A DNA stretch of 64,000 nucleotides, from positions 3,924-67,923 of the forward strand of contig JACPOZ010000030.1 in assembly GCA_016191235.1 (NCBI GenBank), given 5' to 3'. The position numbers and the translations under genes are program-made. Below the pieces are notes generated by a model. The model did not search any database and was not told where the DNA came from. It saw only the letters and a list, made by a program, of their open reading frames with translations. Origin of the DNA: Gammaproteobacteria bacterium. Its GTDB lineage: Bacteria; Pseudomonadota; Gammaproteobacteria; Ga0077554; Ga007554. How positions within the stretch are numbered: the first letter of the stretch is position 1; every line of letters starts with the position of its first letter. This document shows, piece after piece, positions 40,329-47,960 of this stretch.

Positions 40329-43300
40329 ATGATTAAGGTCACGGTAAGTTCCCGATTTTTCATCGGGAGTAAAAAGAAAAATATACTGGCGTTGTTGCTT
40401 CTCGCGATCAGCGCCCTGTGTTTTCCGATACTGGTGCCTGCGGCCCCTCCCAACGTCAACATTACCAATCATGCGGCGTGGCAAAATGAGCCGATGGTCG
40501 CGGTCAATCCCCAGGATCACGACAGGCTCGTGGTGGGATATAACGACAATCGCACTGGCAATGTGGCGGTCGGCTGGTCGTGGTCCGACAATGGCGGCGC
40601 CGTCTGGACTCACGGCGGCACCATTGCGCTGGCGGGTTATACGCGAAGCGCCGATCCCGTGGTGGCCTTCGACAGCGCGGGTACTGCCTACCTCGCCGGC
40701 CTGGCCTTCAATCCCGACAACACGCCGGGCAGCCTGGGCAGGGATGGCAGCATTTTCCTGGCCAAATCCAATGACGGCGGCCATACCTTCACCGTCTTCC
40801 AGAACATCGTCGCCGCCGGACAAGGCACGGCAAACCACCTCGACAAACCCTGGCTGTTCGTTAATCCCGCCAATAATCATGTGTATCTGGCCTGGACGCA
40901 GCGTGCCAACGCGTGGGGCGTGGGCGGGGCTGAGTCGATGACGATATGGTTCACGCGCTCTATCGATGGCGGCGTCACTTTCTCCCCGCCGCTTCAGGTC
41001 AGCACCTTCAATCCCCCAACCGGCGCTTCGCGCTCGTTTGGGCCGCAAATCGCAATCGGAGCGAACGATCGCATCTATGTTGCATGGCATACCCTGGAGA
41101 ATGGCAATCCGGGCGATGCAAATTGGGTCGCTCCCAGGCTGTGGATCGCCGAATCCATCGATGGTGGCGTGAGCTTCGGCGCCAACCAGCAGGTTGCCAG
41201 CCAGCTGTTCGGCAAGCCAAATAAATTCATCAGCATGGGCGCGGACCCGGCCAGTGGCAGGATTTACATTGCCTACGCCGACAGGCCCGCTTGGCCGGGC
41301 GATTATGACATCTATGTGGCAAGCGCCGCCGCGGCTGCCGGACCGTGGGCGGTAACGCGCATCAGCGATGACCCGGTGGGCAGCGGCAGGGCACAGTTCT
41401 GGCCAAGCCTGGACGTAGCACCTAACGGTCGGGTGGATGTAATCTGGTATGACAACCGGGACGATGCCGTGACTAACAAATTGAGCGTCTATTACACTGC
41501 CTCGATCGATGGCGGAATGACGTGGGCCGTCAATACCCGCATCACGGATGTCGTGCCAGGTTTCACGCCGACGCAGGATTTCGCGGGCGACTACCACTCC
41601 GTCGCCTCCGTCAACGATAAGGCTTACGCCGTGTGGATGGATAACCGGCTGGGCAATCAGGAAATCTTTGGCACCAACATCTCGCAGGAGGCGGTGGACG
41701 CCATGCTGGTGCTGGATATCTCTGGCAGCATGCTGTCGCCGGGTTGTCCCAATTGCGCGCCCAAGCTCGACGCGCTGAAGGATGCAGTGGAGATCTTCGT
41801 GCAGTTATGGAACAGCCTGGCCGTGGCCGAGCCGCAGCACCGGCTGGGGGTGACCTATTTCAGAACCAACGTGAACGAATTCAATATCGGTGGCGAGGCC
41901 CTGTTGCCAATCGGACCTGGTAACAACAACGCCCAGGCTATCATTGCCGATGTCGACAGCCAGACGACTGTTCCCATGAATCTGACGGCAATGGGAGGCG
42001 GACTGCAATCCGCCATCAACCGTCTCACCGGCATGAGTCCACGCCGCATCATCCTGTTCACCGACGGTATGCAGAACGTCAATCCAATGGCGCTGCCGCA
42101 GGGCGCTGCGCTGAAAATCGACACCGATCCCGCCACTTCTAACACCTCCAATATCAGTCCCACCACACCACCCACCGTGCTGGACCAGCAGTTGGGGCGC
42201 AGGATCAACACCATCGGCGTGGGCGCCACGCCGCAATTCGTGACGCTGCTGCAGAGCATCGCCAATAACACGGGCGGGAGAAGTTACACGACCATGGCGC
42301 CCGATGCTAACCTGCGCCGCTTCTTCGTGGAGCAACTGGTGGATGCCCTGCGCGGCGCCAGCCCGCAATTGATCGACTACCGTGTTCACAATCTGACCGC
42401 CGACCGGGTTTTCGAAGTCTTCAGCGTCGATCGTTCGGCGAAAAAAATCATTTTCAAGCTGAGCTGGAAGCGTGGCGAACCACCACTGGCGATTGAGCAG
42501 ATCGAAAAAGACGGCGTCAACCTCATCGCCCATGCCAGGCTGACCAGCGGCGACTTCTACCGCATCTATGCCTTTGATCTGCCGCTCGCGGTGCAGAATG
42601 CACGGATCGGGCCTGAGGGAGACTGGCGCCTGCAAATCTATGGCATCAAGGGCGCGCGCTACGAAGTTGCGGCGCTCGCTGACGAGAAAAGGCTCGATTA
42701 CGCCTTTGAGATTCACAAGGGGCTGAGCAAGGTGGGAGAGCCGCTCCGATTGACGGCTCGCCTCGCTGTGGACGGCAGGCCGCTGTCCGATGCCAATCTG
42801 GTGGCCGCCCAGGTCTTCAAGCCCGGAACCAGCGTTGGAACGGCCCTTTCGATAACACCTACTCCTGCATGGATCAGCGCTGCGGCGCCAGTCGCGGCCG
42901 GCCATCAATCCGAGCCGGGAACGAGTCCTGCCCAGCAGAAACTGCAAACTTTGCTGCAACAGGAGGGGTTCTGGAAACGTGTTCAACCCGCCGACGGAGC
43001 GCTGGTGCTGGCCAGCCAGGGGAATGGCATTTATACCGCAATCTATGACGATACCAGCATCCCCGGCGCCTATACCGTGGTGTTTCGCGTCAGCGGCACG
43101 GATGAGGATATCGGCGCGTATACCCGCACCGAAACACGTGTGGCGACGGTGCAGTTCGGCAAGGCGAATCTGGATGCCTCAGATATGCGCGTGGTGAGCA
43201 AGGACGTGATGGGTTATGCCACCCTCATCAAGATCCAACTCCGCCCCCGTGACGCACGCGGCAATTATCTTGGGCCTGACTATGGGCAGCGGATCAAAGT

Positions 43301-43889
43301 ATCCACCGCGACGGGAAACATCGAGCCGGGTTTCCGTGATCTGCTGGACGGACGATATGAGTATGCTCTAACTGTGCCCACCGGCTCCGACCCCGAGATT
43401 CGCGTGGCGGTGATGGATGAGCCCCTCTACGCCGGACCGCTCTCGCGAGTGAGCGAGGGCGCTTCCTATCGCTTTGCCCTCAGCGCCCACCTGGGCTGGG
43501 GTGTGCCTTTGGGCAACTTCAACAATCAATACGATGCGGGAATGCTGGGCGAGCTGGATTTCGAGTATCGGCCTTCGCCACGCTATTCGCTCAACGCCGT
43601 GCTTGGCCGCTACCGCTTCGACCCTGATTTCGACATCACGGGTGGTACACTTTACCTGCGGGGCTATCAACCGCTCACGCCACAGATGGAAGGGTATGTC
43701 GAGGCAGGTTTGGGCGCCTATCGCCCCGAGTCCTTGAGCAGGAGGGGCGGGATAAGTCTCGGTGCCGGCGTGAGCCACGCCCTGGCTCCAAGGCTTCGCG
43801 GTGAGCTCGGCGCCGATTATTTCCATCTGTTTGGCGGAGGTGATATTGATTTCATCGGTGTTAAGGCGGGCCTGCGTTGGTTGTTTTGA
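40329..43889 (+). CDS. large exported BNR/Asp-box repeat + von Willebrand factor A + C-terminal outer-membrane beta-barrel protein
   Basis: GGAGG RBS and ATG at 40329 (the ORF track starts earlier at 40293). Signal peptide ILALLLLAISALCFPILVPA. Five SxDxGxTW-type Asp-boxes (SWSDNGGAVW, SNDGGHTF, SIDGGVTF, SIDGGVSF, SIDGGMTW). VWA MIDAS motif LVLDISGSM. The C-terminus has alternating hydrophobic beta-strand periodicity and ends in AGLRWLF (OMP-type terminal Phe). Confidence 0.7.
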   Translation: MIKVTVSSRFFIGSKKKNILALLLLAISALCFPILVPAAPPNVNITNHAAWQNEPMVAVNPQDHDRLVVGYNDNRTGNVAVGWSWSDNGGAVWTHGGTIALAGYTRSADPVVAFDSAGTAYLAGLAFNPDNTPGSLGRDGSIFLAKSNDGGHTFTVFQNIVAAGQGTANHLDKPWLFVNPANNHVYLAWTQRANAWGVGGAESMTIWFTRSIDGGVTFSPPLQVSTFNPPTGASRSFGPQIAIGANDRIYVAWHTLENGNPGDANWVAPRLWIAESIDGGVSFGANQQVASQLFGKPNKFISMGADPASGRIYIAYADRPAWPGDYDIYVASAAAAAGPWAVTRISDDPVGSGRAQFWPSLDVAPNGRVDVIWYDNRDDAVTNKLSVYYTASIDGGMTWAVNTRITDVVPGFTPTQDFAGDYHSVASVNDKAYAVWMDNRLGNQEIFGTNISQEAVDAMLVLDISGSMLSPGCPNCAPKLDALKDAVEIFVQLWNSLAVAEPQHRLGVTYFRTNVNEFNIGGEALLPIGPGNNNAQAIIADVDSQTTVPMNLTAMGGGLQSAINRLTGMSPRRIILFTDGMQNVNPMALPQGAALKIDTDPATSNTSNISPTTPPTVLDQQLGRRINTIGVGATPQFVTLLQSIANNTGGRSYTTMAPDANLRRFFVEQLVDALRGASPQLIDYRVHNLTADRVFEVFSVDRSAKKIIFKLSWKRGEPPLAIEQIEKDGVNLIAHARLTSGDFYRIYAFDLPLAVQNARIGPEGDWRLQIYGIKGARYEVAALADEKRLDYAFEIHKGLSKVGEPLRLTARLAVDGRPLSDANLVAAQVFKPGTSVGTALSITPTPAWISAAAPVAAGHQSEPGTSPAQQKLQTLLQQEGFWKRVQPADGALVLASQGNGIYTAIYDDTSIPGAYTVVFRVSGTDEDIGAYTRTETRVATVQFGKANLDASDMRVVSKDVMGYATLIKIQLRPRDARGNYLGPDYGQRIKVSTATGNIEPGFRDLLDGRYEYALTVPTGSDPEIRVAVMDEPLYAGPLSRVSEGASYRFALSAHLGWGVPLGNFNNQYDAGMLGELDFEYRPSPRYSLNAVLGRYRFDPDFDITGGTLYLRGYQPLTPQMEGYVEAGLGAYRPESLSRRGGISLGAGVSHALAPRLRGELGADYFHLFGGGDIDFIGVKAGLRWLF

Positions 43890-43910
43890 CACAACATCAG
43901 GAGAGCGATT

Positions 43911-44681
43911 ATGACATCCATGCGCTATGTGAAAAGCTGGTTATCCTTGATGACTCTGGTGAGCGTAACGCTCGCCCTTGCGGCGTGCGCAACGACATAC
44001 AAGGCTCAGCCGCTGCCGTTTCGTCTGCCTTCCTCCTATCCCAATGCCACCGTGGTGGCGGGGGCGACGCTGGGCGCCGAGGCCTATGTGGACAAGGATC
44101 AGGCGGGGAACGCCTTTGGTTTCGACGTGCGCGGCGCGGGGCTGTTGCCGGTGCAGGTGGTTTTCGATAACAAGGGTACGCACCCGCTGGTGATCAATCC
44201 CGGTCAAACCTTCTTGGTGGACAACGAAGGCAAGCTCTGGCCGGTGTTGGAAGAACGCTTTGCTTACGAGCGTGTCACCAAGTATGCACAGACCAAAAAG
44301 ATCTTCAGCGAGGGGGCTTACAGCGGCTTTCTCGGCGGTGTGGCGGGTGGCTTGATCGGTGCTGCGGTCGGCGTGGTCAGCGGTGAGGATGTGGCCAGCG
44401 CCGCAGGCAAGGGTGCGGCGGCGGGCGCGGCCGCCGGTGCCGTGCTGGGAGGGGCCAGCGGCGCGGCCAGTGCGGGCGAGGCCCGTGACCGGGTGATGGA
44501 CGATTTCAGGGCCAAGTCGTTGCAGAACAAATCAGTGAAGCCGGGTGACATCGCCTACGGTTTCATGTTCTTTCCCGGCGAGGTCATGTCGGCCAAAGTG
44601 TTGCGCCTTCAGCTCATGGAAAAGGATACCAACACCGTTCACACGCTGGAAATACCGCTGTCCGTCGGCAATGCGAAGTAG
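43911..44681 (+). CDS. lipoprotein with glycine-zipper segment, function unknown
   Basis: Lipobox LALAAC and a Gly/Ala-rich zipper GFLGGVAGGLIGAAVGVVSG...GAAAGAAAGAVLGGASGAASAG. Lies 21 bp downstream of the BNR/VWA gene, so likely co-transcribed. Confidence 0.6.
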   Translation: MTSMRYVKSWLSLMTLVSVTLALAACATTYKAQPLPFRLPSSYPNATVVAGATLGAEAYVDKDQAGNAFGFDVRGAGLLPVQVVFDNKGTHPLVINPGQTFLVDNEGKLWPVLEERFAYERVTKYAQTKKIFSEGAYSGFLGGVAGGLIGAAVGVVSGEDVASAAGKGAAAGAAAGAVLGGASGAASAGEARDRVMDDFRAKSLQNKSVKPGDIAYGFMFFPGEVMSAKVLRLQLMEKDTNTVHTLEIPLSVGNAK

Positions 44682-44932
44682 GGGCGAATTTCAAACTCAC
44701 CTCGTCAAGAAGCGATGGAATGTTTGGAGATTATCACTACACTCGATGTGGATGCCATCGTCAATGCCGCCAACCCAGCAAAAGAAGCAGCAAAAAGCAG
44801 CAAAAGGGTCGCAGCCCTTTAATCTGAACGGCGGTGTGCGCTCTACCCCGAATGCTTCATACATTCGGGGTAGTTTCGCCTAATGAACAGCCTGGTCACA
44901 TGAGGCTAATGATAGAAAAAAGTAAAAAAAGG

Positions 44933-46148
44933 CTCTGACCCGAATGGCACTTACTTAAGCTTCGTAGGGTGTCCATTTTTCCGAATGTTCTCCCTGGCGA
45001 CAGGTCGTGGCTTGGTGAGCAAAGGATAGGGTTTCGGTCGTCGCTTGATGGCGCGAGGTTCAATGCGCCCCAGGCGGTTCCCGACGCGCTGTTGGGCGAT
45101 CAGGGCAAACAGGTCTGCGAGGGTGTCTGCGTTACCGGCGCCCATTCCTCTTTGGTTCCACGCCAACCAGAGCTGAAGGGTGTGCTTGAAACTAAATTCG
45201 CGCGGTAGCCTATCGGTCAACAAAGCGGACTGAGCCATCAGGAGCCGAATCAGGTTATAGGCCAACAGATGCACCCAGATTTCCTTCTCAGCCATCGCTG
45301 GGGTTTTGCAACTCAGCATTTCCATGCCCAGCGTGGTTTTGATGTGGCGCAGATCCAGTTCTATGTGCCATCGGCTTCGATAGAGTATTTTCAGGGCCGC
45401 TTTGGGTGTTTGGTTCGGGTTCAATAGCGTCGTTACCAGGACCTTGCCGCCGGTATACAGCTCCCGTACCGTCAGCGTGTCCGGGGCGTGATCGTAGTCC
45501 GATTGCGCCATCCAGCCGGGCTTGGTCTGCGGCTTGGCGATCGTGATCAGATGATCACGTGATCCCAACCGCCGGCCACGCCGAAAGTCGGTGCGGCGCT
45601 TGCGTGCCCCCAGTTGTTCGAACACCGCATCCACACCGCGTGATTGCAAGTCGGACAGCAGAAAATAGGTCGCGTAATAGGCATCCCCCAGCAGGATGTC
45701 TCCGGCATTCAGAGTGTCGAGCACCGACCGCAGCAAAGATTGTTCATCGCCGCCCTTGCCTTGGTAGCGACCGATCGCCGCGTTGAGTACCGCACCGCTG
45801 CCGAGGCACACGATGCCTACCATGCGGCACAGCGGGAAACCCGCCCCCGGCTTTTGGCTGCGCGATCGACAACGTCTCCGTGGGCGGAAACAGCCTCTCC
45901 AGGTGATCGAGCCATTCGGCGCTGGTGAGAAGGTTGAAGAACGCGTAGGAATCGGTGTTGGCGGCGTGATGCCGAATACGGCGCTGTTGATGTGCGCGAG
46001 CGCTGGGAGTACGATGCATAAAGACTGGCTCCTTGTGATATCGGTGGTAGTTTGGCAACACCAACCTTATCACTTAAGCCAGCCTTTTTGTATATTAAAA
46101 TCAATGTGTTATTCGTTAAGTAAGCGCCATTCGGGTCAGACCCCTTTA
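44933..46148. mobile_element. degenerate IS4-family insertion sequence (internally deleted), about 26-bp terminal inverted repeats
   Basis: Inverted repeats GCTCTGACCCGAATGGCACTTACTTAA (44933-44959) and TTAAGTAAGCGCCATTCGGGTCAGACC (46122-46148). A transposase reading frame is disrupted inside. Confidence 0.7.
44951..46073 (-). pseudogene. IS4-family DDE transposase, internal deletion/frameshift
   Basis: The N-terminal 70 aa (MHRTPSARAHQQRRIRHHAANTDSYAFFNLLTSAEWLDHLERLFPPTETLS) are in one frame. The C-terminal 290 aa (GFPLCRMVGIV...LLGDAYY...YRSRWHIELDLRHIKTTLGMEML) are in another. About 100 codons between them appear to be missing. Confidence 0.7.
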
Positions 46149-46211
46149 TACCCTCAACTGGCTGTTCTGCTGGGCCGAGCTTGGTGCAAAAGTAACCGGT
46201 CAAACCAAGCA

Positions 46212-46355
46212 AGATATAAATCAGGCGCCAACCACCATCACCCCATCCATCTCCACCGCCGCGCCCCTAGGCAAAGCCGCCACGCCGATGGCAGCACGGG
46301 CGGGATAGGGTTCCTGGAAATAGCCCGCCATCACCTGATTGACCACCGGGAAGTG
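46212..46355 (-). pseudogene. RidA/YjgF-family gene remnant (C-terminal about 45 codons only)
   Basis: [50 protein letters not shown] matches the RidA C-terminus. No upstream RidA sequence is present. Confidence 0.5.
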
Positions 46356-46496
46356 GGCAAGATCAGTAAGGTTCCTTGAAAAATTAAGACCTGTTTCCCC
46401 GTGATCACCGTGAAAGTGACAATGATGGAATAATGTTTGGTGTTTGAAGCGATTTATTTGCGTAATGCCGCAAGATGCAAGTATCTTCGCTCCACT

Positions 46497-47468
46497 TTAT
46501 AACCGCCACCCCCAAAACTCAAGAAACCGCGCAAATTCCCACATATCCGAAGCCGTGCGGTTCCACGGTTTCAGGCTGGTGTAAAATACTGTGCCGGTCT
46601 CGCGGCTATCGCCAAGCTCTTTATCCGATCCAATGTGCGGGTCCAGCGCCCACCAACTCATCAGCAGGACTTCAAACGGCTTGATGGCCCCTTTGACGTA
46701 ACCTTTGCGGAAGCCTTGCGTTTCATAAAACGATGTCATGGTGTGGCTATCCAGCGGCAGCTTTTTCAGTACTGCCATTGGCTCGATGGGGGTTGGAATG
46801 ATGTTGTAGGTGTTGTCCTGCGCCCCGATCTTCACATCCATCACGCGGTGCGTGGCGTCCCTCAGGAGCACCACAGGCCGCTGGTCCGCGCCGGAAGATG
46901 CCGGGTAATCGAGCCTTGCGGGCAGTGTTTCACCATAGATAGACTGGGGTTGTGCAAAATCCCATCCCTGGGGATAAGCATCATCTGGTAAATAACGCGT
47001 GGGGATGACGGCGAGATAGCAGCCACAGGTATGGACGGTTGTTACCAGCACTGGCTCTTCTTTTTGATTAAGGGTGATGATGACAAACAACCCGGAATTT
47101 TTTCCGGCGGTCAGGTGAAAATACGGCACACCCTGAAAATGCACACGGTAAATCAGGTTGGTGTAGTTGCCTTTGCTGGTCTGGAACGTCTGCTGCTGGG
47201 CATACATCACCGGCACCGCAGGGTCGACATAGATCTGTTCGCGGCCCTGCGCGTCATAGCGGCCGGAGGGACGGCCGATCTTGTTGTAGGTTTTGTAATG
47301 ATGCTGCGGCACAAAGACCGGGGCATGGCGCGCGAACAGGCCACCGTCGTCTTTCGCCACATAGGCCACTGGCGGTTGCCCGGTGAGGGGGCGGGTGCTT
47401 GCGCAGGAGGCGAGCAGCATGGCCAAGGCCAGTGCGCCGAGAATCCTGACTAATGTGTGCCTTGGCAT
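46497..47468 (-). CDS. lipoprotein of unknown function
   Basis: 323 aa with signal peptide and lipobox LLASCAS. No recognisable catalytic motifs. Confidence 0.55.
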   Translation of the reverse strand: MPRHTLVRILGALALAMLLASCASTRPLTGQPPVAYVAKDDGGLFARHAPVFVPQHHYKTYNKIGRPSGRYDAQGREQIYVDPAVPVMYAQQQTFQTSKGNYTNLIYRVHFQGVPYFHLTAGKNSGLFVIITLNQKEEPVLVTTVHTCGCYLAVIPTRYLPDDAYPQGWDFAQPQSIYGETLPARLDYPASSGADQRPVVLLRDATHRVMDVKIGAQDNTYNIIPTPIEPMAVLKKLPLDSHTMTSFYETQGFRKGYVKGAIKPFEVLLMSWWALDPHIGSDKELGDSRETGTVFYTSLKPWNRTASDMWEFARFLEFWGWRL

Positions 47469-47502
47469 GTTCTCACCTCATCGAATTAAGAGTCGATGTT
47501 AC

Positions 47503-47905
47503 GCACCGTCCACGAAAAACACAAAAGGCACATAAAATCTTCATAGCACAACCCGCTCGACTGTTGCTTTCGGATAGCAGCCTCAAGAAAACCACAACAA
47601 GCATGGCGTGCGCTATGCGCACGAATTACCGAAAAGACAACACAGTATGCGTCATTGGGCAATCCGCCATACAGGAAAGAGCGCAAGTAAAGTTCTGCAA
47701 GTGCCGTGGGCGTATGGATGCGGATGAGCGGTCACACATACCTCCCTTCTATATTTTTTCATTACAGCCACCATTTTTCGTGCGCACAGCGCACGCTACA
47801 CTTGCTGCTCCAAGAGCTGTTTTCGGCCGCTGCTCCCGGCGCGGCTCTACCTCCTCTTGCTAACCGTCCAAAAAAGCGGTCAACTGCCGTTTTTAAGATA
47901 ATATG
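47503..47905. repeat. composite repeat region carrying one terminus of repeat family A and one of family B
   Basis: 47505-47535 CCGTCCACGAAAAACACAAAAGGCACATAAAA matches the family-A terminus at 55320-55347 (reverse complement). 47878-47905 GTCAACTGCCGTTTTTAAGATAATATG matches the family-B terminus at 53952-53977. The internal segment is similar to 53870-53910. Confidence 0.4.
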
Positions 47906-47960
47906 CCTGCCACGCAAAATTCCCCTGTCAATCGAAATCCTGCGTGATCATCACGTGAAT

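Noticed and set aside
40179-42986. Minus-strand ORFs of 472 and 393 aa
   Set aside because: They are antisense to the BNR/VWA gene, whose Asp-box and MIDAS motifs fix the plus-strand frame.
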